NCBI GenBank assembly: GCA_965112735.1 | Contig: OZ218957.1 | Span: forward strand, 2,604,001-2,668,000 | Length of the DNA: 64,000 nucleotides | Source of the DNA: Phaeosaccion multiseriatum | Taxonomy: Eukaryota; Protista; Ochrophyta, other classes | Direction of reading: 5' to 3' | Part shown: positions 30,750-44,113 of the stretch, one piece after another | How positions within the stretch are numbered: the first letter of the stretch is position 1 | How the letters are laid out: every line of letters starts with the position of its first letter | The notes under the pieces: generated by a model | What the model saw: only the letters and a program-made list of their open reading frames with translations | What the model was told of the DNA's origin: nothing | Database searches by the model: none | Translations under genes and position numbers: made by a program

Positions 30750-32025
30750 CAGTGCCTCTCTTGCTCTACCTCAGTGACGGTTTCAATCTTGCTCGGCCTC
30801 TGCCGCCGCGCCAAGTGTGACTCTCTCTCTCTTGTGCACTGAGCACGTGCTATGGCGTAGATGTCAGTCACTGAGCGAGTGTCTGCCTTTTTGCCCCCCC
30901 CCCTCGCTCGCTCGCTCCCCGACCGCGGCTGTACCACCAACTGCTGCTGCTGCTCTACTGCTGCACTTTGGCCGTGAGAAGAAAGGCATCTTCTCGCGCA
31001 CCTCACACCTCACACCTCACACCTCGCACGGGCCCGAAGAACCAACAGAACCACCATCAGAAAGGACGATGTTTGTCATTTGTTGACGTGACTGACGGGC
31101 GATGGACAGGGGGCTGATTGCCCCCCCACCTCTTTTGGCTCTGAGTACCGAAAGGCGGAAGCCCTACGGAGGCACGGAGGTACCGAGCTGCGGACTTTGG
31201 CTCTGACTCAGACACTCACTGACTTGGGGCACTGACTCCGGCACTGACTGACTGACTGACTGACTGACTGTTGTACCTCCGGACAGACCAGAACCTGTCA
31301 GACCTACCTGGAGAGGGAAGGAGATGTATCCTGAGAGTTAGATAGACCTCTACCCTGTGAGAGGGACGGAGACACACTTAGCTAGGCGGAGAGGGAGGGG
31401 GGGCGACTAAGGACGGCAAGAGCATGTGTGGAGAGAAGACATGAGTTGTCGAGAGGAGGAGGAGGAACGAGAGGGTAGCGGTGACGACGATGACGATGAT
31501 GAACGAGTGACCTTCGAATGGAGTGCAAGACTCCTCCCTTTCCAGGGGGGGAGGCAGACCCGAGGGGGCAGACCCAAGGGCCCAAGGGCTCGGGGATGAT
31601 GATGACACCCATTACCCATTTCACCCCTCTCTCATGACTGCGCCACCATCACATTATAATCACACGAGGGGGAGTACAGTCAATACATAGTGAGGGCATG
31701 GCCGCTCCGGCTAAGGGTATATTGATCGATTGGTTGGTTGGTTAATTGAATTTAATTAATTGGTTGGTTGCTTGCTTGGTTGAAACATTCATGGTTGGTC
31801 CTGTCTCGGACGCGAAACGAGGGAGGGGCACCACCTCGACAGGGCCAGAAAGGTGGACAAACAAAAGAACAACAAACATCTTCCCCTCGTGAGTTTATAG
31901 TATACCGTGCCTTAAAAAAAAAAGAGGTGAGAAGTGCCGCGCCCAATAAATAAAACTCCCATCGCTTTGGATGCTAGTCAGCACAGCACAGCACAGGCAA
32001 GCATCGCTGCTACTCCTGTGCCGCT

Positions 32026-32060
<35 letters not shown>

Positions 32061-32537
32061 TCCCTCACTCAATGAAGAGAGTCCGCGACTCTCTCTCCCG
32101 CTCCCCTCCCCCCCACAACACACGCCTCAGCCAGTCATCACCCCACCCCACCCCACCCCATCCTGTGTGCGTGCAAGTCCGAATCAAATCTTGAAATCTT
32201 GCCTATCCTGAGATACCTCCGTCAGGCGCTGCCATCTTTGTCATGCGCTGCCATCCTTGTCAGGCGCTGGCTTGGTCGGACCTTTCAAGGAGGTATCACT
32301 ATCACCAACACCACCAACACCACAGCCTCCCTCTAGAGAGACTCCCGCGCTTTGTATATAACCCGGGTGGGTGGGTGGGTGGGTGGGTGGGCGGCAGGGA
32401 AGGACGGCGTTCACACCCATCTCTTCATGCCTTCTTCACGTCCCCTTCCTCCACCCATCCCTTCGGTCCCATTCAGTCCTCTGTTGCCCTCCTCAGGCCG
32501 GCTCAGACAGAGCCTGTTCAGCCCTGCCCCGGCCTGT

Positions 32538-35306
32538 TCAGGCAGCATCAGCGTACAAAGGGGGCGTCTCCGAATCAGCCGCCTTGCCTTCTTCCGGACC
32601 TGCCCCCCCTGGGGACCCTCCTCCTCCTCCTCCTCCTCCTCCTCCTCCTCCTCCTTCTCCTGCTACTGCTGCTTCTCCTCCTCCTCCCTCCCTCCCTGGG
32701 GCGGTCACATGCCAGTGTCCGATCATGAGGGCCCCGATGTCGTAGAAAGTGTGTGAGATGATGGGAACCATCAGGCTACCCGACCACACCCTGTGCAGTG
32801 GATGGGGTGAGGCGGCGGCGGAGGAGGAGGAGATAGGGGAAGCAGGGGGAAGACAAAAGTCAGGACGGCAGGGAGGGGAGGGTGCGGTGAGTGTATGAGT
32901 GCGCTGAGTGTACTACTTCTTATTCCACCCCCTCCTCCTCCTCCTCCTCCTCCTCCTCCCTCCTCCTCCTCCTCCTCTTCTTCCTCCTCCTTCTGTGTGT
33001 TGTGCGACCCAAGATCCTACCACAGGAGAGAGAAGTAGACTCCAGCGGTCGCCGCCATGAGGGCATACATGGCCTGGGCAGAGGCATACGCACATACAGG
33101 CCGAAGTGCAGGATAAGAGTGGTGATGGAGGGAGGCATATGGGCGGAGGGGTGATTGGGGTTGGGGCACATGGGCAGAACGGCCAAGAGGGGTGGAGGGG
33201 GGGAGGGAGGGGGGAAAGGCTTGGTCAGGCAAGGAGCAAAGGAGGGGACAAAGAGCACGCAAAGCGTTGCCGAGGGAGAGAGAGGAAGAAGGAAGAAGGA
33301 AGAAGGGCAGGAGGGCGGCCTTCCTTGCGTTCTTCATCATCCACAAAGAGAAAGAGAAAGAGAGGGAGTACCCCTCCCTCGCTCTTCCCTGAGCCGTCCA
33401 TGCCATGTGTGTGCGTGTGTGTGTATGTGTGTGCGTGTGTGTGCGTGTGCGCGTGCGTGCTCACCGTGGCGGAGTGCAAAGCGCCGAAGATGACGGCAGA
33501 CACAAGGATGGCAGCTGCCCTGGGCAGGCCCAGAGTGGAGCTCAGCGTGCCCTGCAGCAAGCCGCGGAAAATGATCTCTTCGCCTGTTTCAGTTTCAGTT
33601 TCAGTTTAGAGGGTAGTTGTTCGGAGGTTGAAATCGTTCGTTGGCAAAACCGAGTGAGGGAAGGAAGGAGGGAAGGGCCAAAACCGAGTGAGGGAAGGAA
33701 GGAGGGAAGGGCCAAAACCGAGTGAGGGAAGGGCCGGTTACGTGTGCCTAGCGACGGGAGGAGGGGAGGGAGCGCGGAACGAATCGACATGAAACCCTGA
33801 AACTCAAAACTCCGAGAGAGAGGGAGAGGGAGAAGGAGGAAGAGAGAGAGAGAAAAGTGAAAACCTATTACGCGCCACGCACGCACCTACGCCGGCCCCC
33901 ACAGCGAGCAGAGTGGATGCGATGAGCACCTTGAAGAAGCGGCGCTTGGATCCCATGAGGGCCAGCACGATAGCGTCGCACTTGGCCGAAATCTCCGCAG
34001 TCCACTGGAACTCGCACTTGTCCAGCACGAAGCTCTGGGGAGAGGGGGGGCGTGTCAGGACAGAAGGTTGGTGGGTGTCAGGACAGAGGGTGTGTGGGTT
34101 GGTGTCAGGACATAGAGTGGGCGGTGGATGCTGTGCGTAGGTGCTCGATCGGTCCTATGGTGTGTGAGCAGGAGGGAGGGGAAGGGGGAGGGGGAGAGGA
34201 TTTAGCTGAGATGAGCAAATCAGGCCCCTCGTCTCTCTCTCTGCCTCTCCCTTTTTCCGCCCCCCCCACCCCCGCTCTCTCTCTCACACACACACACCGA
34301 CCTGCACAGCCAATGGTAACACCCCGAGCAGCCCCAGGCCGGCGATACGCGGTGTCAGGACCACTCTGTCCAGCTTCACCAGCCCGAACCGTCCTGAGAG
34401 CAGCACCGTCACCACGCCGAGCAGCATTTGCGCCAGCGTCATGCCCACCACATCCATCCACGCAATTGTGTCTGTAGGGGCCCTTGCTTGCCCTTTCCCT
34501 TTCCCTTGGCCTTCGCCTTGCCCTTGCAGTGCGACCTCTTTGCTGGGGAGAACGCCTGCGCCTTGCCCTTCGCCCCCTCCCGCCTCCACCTCGTCTTCTC
34601 CTTCGTCTTCTCCTTCGCCTTCTCCTTCCTCTTCCTCATCTTCTTCTTCATCGTCTTGGCCTCTGTCCTTCCTTCCTCGCTTGTTACCCTTCTTCCACGC
34701 GTCCTCGAAGAAGCCTGCATCGTTGCCTGCGACTTCCGCCTCCGTCAGGTCCTCCTCGTTCTGCATCATGGGGGCGCTCTCCGCCTCCTCTTGCTCAGCA
34801 GCAAAGAGGGCGAAATCTCTCTTTGCTCGCTGTCTTTGCCTGTCCCGTTGGCGACGCTCTCGTCTCGAGGAGGAGGAGGAGCTGGCCTGTCCTAGTTCCC
34901 GTACCGCTGTGAAGAGGGACGAGAGAGGCCATCTTCTCACTGCAAGGAGGTTCCCTGGTTGGGCAGAAGTGGCTGCCGACAGGAAGGGCAGCAAAACCCC
35001 TCTGCTGCCGCCGCTGCTGCTGCTGTGTCCTCTCGGCCCTTTCCTCCTCTCCCCGCCTTGGCCTTGCCTGCCGGCTAGTGGCCGCCCGAGAGGCCTCATC
35101 GACGGAGCAGAGCTGACACCTGAGACTTTACAGCTCCCAGCTCCACCATTCCGAACATGGACTGCTCGCGCATTGCACCTCACGCCATCGGCCCTACTCC
35201 TGCTACTTCTCCCACATGACCCAGAAAAGCCTCTGGCCGTCGTAAAGAAAGCGCCGCTGAGCAGCAACAGCGGCAGAAGCCCGGGAAGGGACACCGCGAG
35301 CTTCAT
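32538..35306 (-). CDS. CPBP/Abi (type II CAAX protease-like) intramembrane metalloprotease, plastid-targeted
   Basis: Motifs GEEIIFRG (33466-33583), FGALH and HTFYD across 5 exons. The N-terminal signal peptide ends ARG-F and is followed by a Ser/Arg-rich transit-like region. Confidence 0.9.
33646..33733. repeat. 34-bp tandem repeat x about 2.5 (intronic)
   Basis: AAAACCGAGTGAGGGAAGG units start at 33646, 33680 and 33714. Confidence 0.85.
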
Positions 35307-35575
35307 ATCATCCACAACTGTGTTATGGTAAGTGCTTTATGGTAAGTGCTCTGCCGTTTTGGCAGTTTGGCCACGGGGAAGTAAAGTATGTCAACAAACG
35401 CTATCGATTTTTCCTTTAGCAACACGAGGAACGAGGGAGTGGAGAAAAGCAACAACAAATAATAGGAGGGAAGGGTGGGGGGAGCCCGCAGTAGCCCAGA
35501 TCTTCTGCGAGCTGTCGGGGAACGAAGCAGCGACCAGGTTTGTCAATCAGTTACCTACGAAAGTACGAAGAAGAC

Positions 35576-36994
35576 ATGCTTCAATTCAAGGAAATGCCGA
35601 AGAAGCTCCAGAAGGACTTGGTGGAGCTGTGCTGCGAGCTCAGGGACTTCCAGATGCTGGAGGTGGTGCTAGCCAGGATAGATGACAACGACATGATGAC
35701 GAGCAACAAGATTCTCACCTTCAGGCTGCGCGTCGTGAAAGTGAGTGTAAAGCAGTGTGGTTGGAAAGCGCGGGCGTACTGTTCTTGGGGAGGAAGCACC
35801 ACCAACCCTCGTTCTATGTGCGTATTGCTCTAGTCTGTCTCTCTCAAGGAGGAAGATGTTCTCTGACCCGACCCGCCCCTTCCCCTCTCTCTGTGCTCGC
35901 TTGGTAAGACCCTGGATTGGGGTGGCAAGGACCGCGGAAGGGGCCTGGCTGTGGGTCCGGACGTCAGAAACCTTGAGACCTACCGTGACCTCATCGATCG
36001 TTCAGACCTGCCCTCAGGTCTTCCCTGGAAAAGACTCAGCAACGAATTTGCTGTGCAGGTGGGTGCGTGGGGAGACGAATGCCGGCCTGCCCTTGTTGCT
36101 CAACTAAACTCGGTTCTTGCTTGACCGCCGTTACCTTTATGCTCTCTCTCTCTCTCTTCAGACAAGCATACAATCTCTCCCCCTCAGTCTTGTGCATGCA
36201 CCTCTCAGCATCCCGCCCAAACCCTAACCTCCCCACCTACCCCCCCTTCCCCCTCCCCCCGCACCCCCCACCCCAGTCCGTCTTGAGTAATGTCCGCGGG
36301 CAGCTGCACGACTACTCCCGCAAGAAGAAGGATCCTTATCTCCTCACCCATCCGGACTTCAAGACTATAGTCAAGGTGCTTGATGACGACGCGTATCTCG
36401 CAGCGCTGGACCAGGTGGCACACACCGGCCTCCTCAACAAGGACCTCGAACGGACGCTTGGGGACATCTACCAACCCATAATGGTGTGTGCAGTATGTCA
36501 ATGGGTGGGTGGGTGGGTGGGTGGGTCGGGGTGGGTGTGTATGCGTGTGTGTGTGTGTTTGCAGGTGTGTGTGGATGTGGAGGTGTGGTGTGTGTGTGTT
36601 GTGGGGAAAACACGCCCCCTGACTTGGGGTCGCCTCTTGCGGGGGGGAGGGGGTGGCACACAGGGAGGGTTGGAGGGAGTGAGGGAGGGAGGGAGTGAGT
36701 GAAGTGAGGGGGCGAAAGGGCGCCTCGCCTTGTGGCTCTGCTTCCCTCTGCTGCCATCTGCTCTACCCTACCTCCGCTCTGGCTACGATCGTTCTCCCCC
36801 CCTCCCCCCGCTATGCTACTACCAGCAGCAGTGCTAGCAGCTGATGATAGAGCAGGAGCGGCACGAGCTTTGTTCCTTGCCCCTGCCTCAGGCTCTTACC
36901 CTTACCCACCGCTTGTGCTGTGTCGCTCTCTCTTCCCCCCCCCCCCTCTCTCTCGGCTCCCCTCTCACAAAAAATACATATCAAAACAAAAACC

Positions 36995-37065
<71 letters not shown>

Positions 37066-38331
37066 GCACCACCAAGAAACGCAGCAGCCGGCCAGGGTAA
37101 GCGGCAAACGCGTGCGTGCTCTCCTCAAAGATCACCCCCTGGTCAGGTTCACCGCCGAGCTGCACCATGCCATGAAGGTCCTTGAGGATAGTGAGATAGG
37201 CGACAGGCCCGCCAACCTCCTCCAGACCTACAGAGCATTGGATGAGGGCATAGGGGACTACGACGGGCAGGACGGGCACGACGAGAGGCATGGCAACAGA
37301 CAGGACAGGCGCGACAGGAACGGTAGGAGGCACGGTAGGCATGGTAGGCATGGCAGGCATGGCAGGCATGGCAGGCTGCCTGATAGCTATGATGGATCGA
37401 TGTTCGGCAGCGATGAGGAGGACAGCGACCCGGGGACACGCGACAGTAGCGAGGAGAGATTTGATGATTTCGAGGAGGAAGGAGGAGGAGAAAGAGGAGG
37501 AGGAGGAGGAGGAGGAGGAGGAGGAGGAGGAGGAGGAGGGAGAAGCGCCAGGAAGAGGAAGAAGAAAGCCTCCGCTCCTGCTGCTGCTTCTTCTCCTGCT
37601 GCTGCTGCTGTAGACGGGGCGGCGAAGAAGAGGAAGAGAAAGTCCCTGGCGGCCGACTCAGAGGCGCGCCATCTGCGAGACGGGGTTGAGAGGCTCAACA
37701 GGGAGGTGAGGAAGGACGGCAGATCGGATCCTCTCACAGACGCCTTGGGAGTGCCTTCTCCTCCTGAGAAGCCGGCGGCCATCAGCCGAGGCAAGAGCAG
37801 CGGCAACAAGAAGAAGGCGACTGCCGCTGCTGCTGCTTCAGCTGCTGCTACTGCTGCTGCTGTTGCTGCTGGATCTCCAGCTGGGGCTGCTGGACAGAGC
37901 AGCAAATCGAGATCGGCCAGCAGGTCCAAGCCGATGTCTACTCTTTCCAAAGACAAGAAGGGGAAGGGGAAGAGGGCAGAAGCAAACAGTCCTGACACCG
38001 GCGGCTCGCAGCCTCTGTCTTTGCACGGGCATATGGAGCGAGAGGATGGCAGCGTAGGCTCTGCTGCAGGTGCTGCTGCTGCTAGTGGTCGTGGTGGTGG
38101 TGGTGGTGCTGCTGCTGCTGGGGGCAATGATGGCGAGGACAACGAGGAGGCTGAGGAGGAAGGAAAGGCGCAAGGTGGCGATGATGAGTCCAGCGTATTC
38201 TCAGGCGCTTCTGAGGACAACCGTTTGGTGCACGCCGGCGGAACGAGGAAAGGCAAGGGGAAGGGAAAGGCAAAGGCGAATCAAGAGGGGAGGGGGGGGT
38301 GCGGCTCAGGCCTACCCAGCCCCACGACGGT

Positions 38332-38388
<57 letters not shown>

Positions 38389-39120
38389 TGTGTATGTGTG
38401 TGTGTGTGTGTGTGTGCGGATGTGTGTATACGTGGGTTAGTGTGTGGGTAGGTGTGGATGTCTGAAGGTGGGTGTGGGTGTGTGCGTGTGTGTAGTTGTC
38501 TGTGTACATCTCTCTCTCTCTCTCTCTGTGTATGGGTGTTTACGTATGGTTGTTTGGGTGTCTGTATGTTGTGTGTGTGCGTACGTCGCATCTCCCCACC
38601 CCCCTCTCTATGTCTCTCCTCTCTTCCTCTCTCTCCCCCCTCTCCCGCTCTCTTCCTCCTCTCCCCCCCCCCTATCACCACCCCGCCCCACCACACCTCA
38701 CCCCCACCCCCCCCTCTCTCTACCCCTCCTTCTCTCCGTGTCTCCTTGCAAACCCCACTTCCCTACTCTACCCTTCATACCCTTCATACCGCTACTACCA
38801 CAGCCGGTCAAAGTGCCCAAGCTCACACGCCATGACGAGAGCGATAAGGACAACAGCGGCGACGAAATCTCCGAGCCCGACGAGGCATACCCCGGCAAGG
38901 GCGGCAGCAGCAGCGGCGGCACTGGGGGGAAGCAGGCGGGCAGCAGGCCAACAAGTGGCAATCAGAACCGACAGAGATGGTCGAGGGAGGAGGAGGAATA
39001 CCTCATAGAGGGGGTGCGGGTTCATGGGGAGGGCAAATGGTTAAGCATCCTCAGCGATCCTGGCCTTATCTTCCTGGACAAACGAACGTCGATGAATCTC
39101 AAGGTATGTGTATATGGGAC

Positions 39121-39195
<75 letters not shown>

Positions 39196-39196
39196 T

Positions 39197-39259
<63 letters not shown>

Positions 39260-39493
39260 AACTGGATGTAAACTCGATGTAGCTGTCTTCTGTCTCGAGA
39301 AAAAGTGAAGTGCACCCCCACAAGCGTCTGTTGGAGTTTGATTCGTCACTCTCCCCCCCCCTTCCTTTCCTCTACTCATGTCCCCTCGCGCTCTGATTCG
39401 TCACTCCCTCCCCTTCCTTCGCTCTACTCCTTCCCTCGGGCTCTCCCTCCGCAGGATAAGTGGAGAAATCTGTTGAAAGCGAACAGGGTGTGA
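35576..39493 (+). CDS. C-terminal single-Myb telobox protein (TRF/TRFL-like telomeric dsDNA-binding candidate)
   Basis: The last two exons (38804-39103, 39455-39493) splice to RQRWSREEEEYLIEGVRVHGEGKWLSIL...KRTSMNLKDKWRNL, which contains the telobox LKDKWRN. Upstream are helical exons and a long disordered K-rich linker. The start and one internal junction are uncertain. Confidence 0.85.
39120..39258. repeat. (TCTG)n microsatellite in the intron splitting the telobox
   Basis: Seen directly. Confidence 0.95.
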
Positions 39494-40065
39494 GTGCACG
39501 GCCTGCAGAGGATCCGTCTTTCTCTGTGTATCTCTGTCTCCGCGTGTGCGTTTCTCCTGCTCTCCCTCTCCCTCTCTCATCTCCCTCTCTCTCTCCCCCC
39601 TCTGTGCCCCTGACCTGGAGGTCCGTGGTAGAGGTGGAGAGGGGGGGATGTACTCTAGCATTGTAGAGGTGAGAGGGGGGGTGTTGCTGTAAAGATTCAG
39701 AGGTGGAGAGCAGGGAGTTGCCAGTCCTAGGGGATGTCCCTAGGGTGGAGGACGAGGGCCCAGAGCCTTGTGGAAGGCGGCTACAAATGTCAAGTCTGCA
39801 GCCGAGAGGTGGACTGGCGTAGTAAGAGGGGGATGGGTGAAGAGGGGGTAGGCAGTCAGTGGGGGGGGGGGAAGGAGGAGGAGGGGGAGGGGTCAGGGTA
39901 TGGATAATCAGTCAGTGTGCTGTGTTGTCCTTTTTTCCTTTCCTTTTGGAACAAGGCACGACCGTGTGAAAAAAAAAAGTCTTAATTTAACTTAATTCAA
40001 TGTGTAGCGTGGAAGTGAGAAAGAGGAGGGAGAGAGGGAGGGAGTGAGGGAGTGCCTCAATGCCT

Positions 40066-41052
40066 TCATCTGGCCGCCCTTGTCTGCGCCACAAACTCGA
40101 GCAGTTCATCGACGGACATGACCGTCCCCGGCACTGCAGCTGTATCACCAACTGCTGCTACTCCTGCGCCGTTACCCGCCGCCCCCCGCTCCTGCTGCTG
40201 TAGTAACTGCTGCTGGTCATTTCTATCTCTGTGCACACCCACACTCTTCTCCATACTCACAAACTCCCACAGATTCATGGCCTTCCCCCCGGGCGCCCTT
40301 TTGCTCTTGAGCGGGCTGTAGGGGGGGGGTGGCTCCAGCCATTTCCCTCCTCCTTGTTCCTCCTGCTCTCGCGCCCCCTGCTTACCACCACCCTCCTCCG
40401 CATCGCTCGAGCTTGGATCACTAGTGCTGTTTCTGCCCTGCTGATCACCTTCACCCTCCCTACCGTCGTGCTCCTCCAAGTTACTCCTGCTTCTTTTCTG
40501 TTCCTCTGCGTGATGGCCTTGCCCCCCCTGTTGCCTTTCCTCCTCCTCGCCCTCGTCCTCCTCCTTCCCCTGCGAGTCGAGGAGTTGTGGTTTCCGCAGC
40601 ATGTGCGATCGATCGGAGGCAAAGGTGGCCAAGAACTCCGCCGCCTCAACGACCCTCACACATTGACGAAACTCGTCGGGGATACGAATATGTCTCGCAG
40701 ATGAGACCTTCCAGTGGTCAGGTTGGAAGGTCTGCTCAATGTACGCAAGTGCGCCACAGGGCCAGGCAAGAAGTGAATCAAAATCGTATATCCAGCTTTG
40801 TTCTCCATCTATGAGAAGAAAGACCACGTGATAGTCCCACACCACAGGAGCACCAGGAGTAGAGCCGAGCCTTTGTTGCCACAGTGGCGTCGTTTTTTCA
40901 TAGTTGGATATAAAAACCGCATATGCTCTGGCGCCCCCCCTTGCTACTCCGCCTCCTTCACATTCCTCCATCCACCTTTTACAGAGCATTGCCACATTTT
41001 CTTCACAGTAGTGGCTCGTGTACAAGTATTCTTCCCTGGGGTGGAGCAGCAT
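40066..41052 (-). CDS. NTAQ1: Protein N-terminal glutamine amidohydrolase (WDYHV family), intronless
   Basis: Motifs YTSHYCEENV, VFISN, PVVWDYHV, IYDFDS, FASDRSHM and WLEPPPPY; catalytic Cys-His-Asp positions are present. Confidence 0.95.
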   Translation of the reverse strand: MLLHPREEYLYTSHYCEENVAMLCKRWMEECEGGGVARGGARAYAVFISNYEKTTPLWQQRLGSTPGAPVVWDYHVVFLLIDGEQSWIYDFDSLLAWPCGALAYIEQTFQPDHWKVSSARHIRIPDEFRQCVRVVEAAEFLATFASDRSHMLRKPQLLDSQGKEEDEGEEEERQQGGQGHHAEEQKRSRSNLEEHDGREGEGDQQGRNSTSDPSSSDAEEGGGKQGAREQEEQGGGKWLEPPPPYSPLKSKRAPGGKAMNLWEFVSMEKSVGVHRDRNDQQQLLQQQERGAAGNGAGVAAVGDTAAVPGTVMSVDELLEFVAQTRAAR

Positions 41053-44000
41053 CTTCCACGTTTGGCATGTGAACACTTGCCAGAGCTTGACCAAGGAAAA
41101 AGCAAGGGCCTGACCAGGAGAAGCGCGGCAAAAAACGCTTCTCCCTTATCAGAGTGTGATCTTATCGTCAAGCAAAGAAGCGCTATCCCGAGGGTTTATC
41201 CGAGGGTGTGTTGGTGATTTGATTGCCATTTGGTCTATCCCGATGGTCGAGGGTTCCACCATCGTTAAGAAAACGACCCTTGCCCTAGCACCGGGAACCC
41301 TTGTATGTCAATTAACCCCGATAAATGTCAGTAGAAAATCAGTAGAACCAAATTCGAGTGGGCTCAGGAAAAGAGGTATTACGCACGCTACAGAGCACCA
41401 CAGGCGAAGCGCTTCGGGAGATCTGAGGCAAAGACAGCATTCTAGATGTTGAGCAGCTTAAAGTCTGATTGTTGCGTCTGTATAGAGCGATTTAGGAGGT
41501 GAAATGTGCTGCTATGTTGACGAGATCTTTGCCCCTGAACAAGGGAGAAAGAGAGAGGCGTAGCTCACACAAGAGGTGATAATCTTCGGGCTGAATACGG
41601 ATTATGTAGTCAAATAGCAGATGTGAAGCTGGGAGCGCGGTCTTAGGAGATAGTGGGCTAACATGTGGAGCTGAAATGCCCGTTGCTTTGGCGGGAATTT
41701 GGGCCTCAAACAAGGGGGGAGTGGGGGAAGAGCGTGTGCGAGCAAGAGCCCATGAGGGAGGAATGGCTTTGAGCAGACTGCGACCCACATATGGAAGTCG
41801 ACGTTGAGCAGCTAAGAGTGCGATTGCAGGTGCTGTGGAGCAGAAGGGGTGAGGCGAGATGGAAACACTTATGGCAGCAGTTTTCACCTCAAAAATGGTG
41901 AGGAGAGGGAGGAGCGTGTGCGACCAGCAGACCACGAGATATGAAACCCTTGAGAAGACTTGAGGGATACATAGTCTGCTGAGTGCTGGGCAGCTCGAAG
42001 TGTCCTTTCAGGAGCTACAGAGCGAGGGAGAGAATTTACAAGTGTGAAGGGCCCCTTTTCGTCGTCATCCTGACCCTCGATCGAGGGGGAAGAGAGGGTA
42101 TGACGATAGATATGGGCCAGATACAACGCGAGGCTATACCTCATGACCATGCGCCGATTTGGTACTCTTTACATGCTCTCCTTGGCGAGGATGCGATTTA
42201 CAACGCTATCTATGTGTATATTCGTCATTTTAACCCAATTTCACGGATGGGCAGCTCCAACTGTACACACACTGCCCCTCCTCCCCTTATCGGTGCTGCT
42301 ACGGCTACTACTACTATAGATGCTGCACGAGGCTCCGTCTTACCTGCGAAATCCGTCTCTGTAGCCCGCCAAGCCCTCCTCTGGCAGCTCCTAACCCCCC
42401 TGCCACGGCCTCCACCCCACTTTCTCTGCATACAGAGCGGTCAGCGACTTGAGTATGGCCTTGCGGCTCATCGCCCTGTCGCCCCTGAGTCACAATCGCT
42501 TCTCGACCATGTGCCACGACGAGCACCACCACCCACAGCAACAGCACGCTACCTCCCCCCCCCCCCTTCTCCGGCTCAGCTCCCACGGCCGCCTCGGCTG
42601 CCGATGGCGCACCCAGCTGCCGCTTGATTGAGCTTCTCTCACTCGTGGCTGGGAGGCTAGAGTACGAGCAGGCTCATCCGCAGTAGCCAAGAGGAGCTGC
42701 AGATGATCTTGTAGCAACGGCGTCTCCTGGGGTGGACGACGAGGCGGATAAGCTTGACTCCTATCTGGACGCCTGTTTCTCTTCCCCCCGCTCGTCTCGC
42801 CACTGCTGCTCGTGAAATCCTTACTCCTTCCCCTCTAGCTCCCTGTAGTGAGGCAAGATGGTTGCCGCAGTCGTTCTCCTGCCCCGGTAATGCCCCTCGT
42901 GATGACCTAACCACAGGGGCCAAAATAAGGGAGGTAAACATAGTGGTGATTTCCTATGTCTTGTTAAGCTCGCTGAAGCTGAAAGTTCGACATCTGACAG
43001 CTCACACACTAGATGCCACAACACACCTTGTGTCGCCCTTGACTCCGCCGGGAAGGTTCCATTCCCTTTCCTCTCCAGCCTCATACTTCCCCACCTATGC
43101 AGTGACATCGGGGGAAGATTTCGAAGTCCCCCCGATAGCCCCACCACCCACGTCCCGCAATGACAGGGGGCAGGGGAGTTAGTATAACGCCCCTTAAGCA
43201 AGACCGATGCTCTGACGGGGCGTGGGATCGGCCGCTCATGACCTCACAGAAAGGGCCCTTCAAAGGCAAAAGAGAGGGGAGTACACGTATGCGATTGTGC
43301 ACATGGGATTATGACCTTTGAAGCTAAAACTTTGTCACAAGCCAGGCTACATATGAGTGATGTTGATCCCACTTGGACCCCTCGTAACTGCCAGGCAAAG
43401 CCTTCCATCTCACGCCCTCTCCCCCTCTCGTGCGCCCTCACATTTTCGGCCACCGCGGGCGACGACCTGCCATAGACCTCTTGCCCTCCGCCCATGGACA
43501 GCGGCGGTACGGGAGTCGTCAGACGTATCCTGCGGACCAGATGACGCCCTGATGGGCCCTGAAAATGGGTAGAATAGAGCAGCGTCCACGTCTCAGAGAC
43601 ATGCAACTGTGAAGGTGGAGTACCCTAACTTCAGGGGCCAAAGTGCCGACGAGCTGGAGGCGCAAGAGCATCCTTTCCTTGAAAAGTTTCGTATACTCCT
43701 GGAGAAGAGATTCTGTCTTGGACCCCGCTTATCTCTATGGGTATACCCCCCTCCGTCCTCTCTCTCTATCGAAACCAAGGTTGGAGAAAAACGCACCTTT
43801 GCCGCTCACCCGCTAACTCTTGCCACAAAGCTGCTGCGAGCACGCTCTCAGCTACCCAATCCCGAGCTCACTGTGTTTTCCTCAAGCTTGCGCAAGCGCT
43901 TCGTCTGGGATAGTCCGTATGTCTTGTATTCGTCTCCTCCCTCACGTGCCCCACCCGATTCAAAAAAATGCCCAAAAAATTTCTGTCCTACTGACATTTA

Positions 44001-44113
44001 TCGGGGCTAATTGACGATATCAATTGACATACAAGGGCCCTTTGATTTCTTCACTGACTTATTAGACCCCTGTCGCTGCCCCCTTCGCTGTATATTGTTC
44101 AGACCCTTGGACC

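Noticed and set aside
35323-35350. Tandem TTATGGTAAGTGCT as an ATG-only first exon of the TRF-like gene
   Set aside because: It is only about 20 bp from the opposite gene start, and splicing to the next AG does not enter the coding frame.
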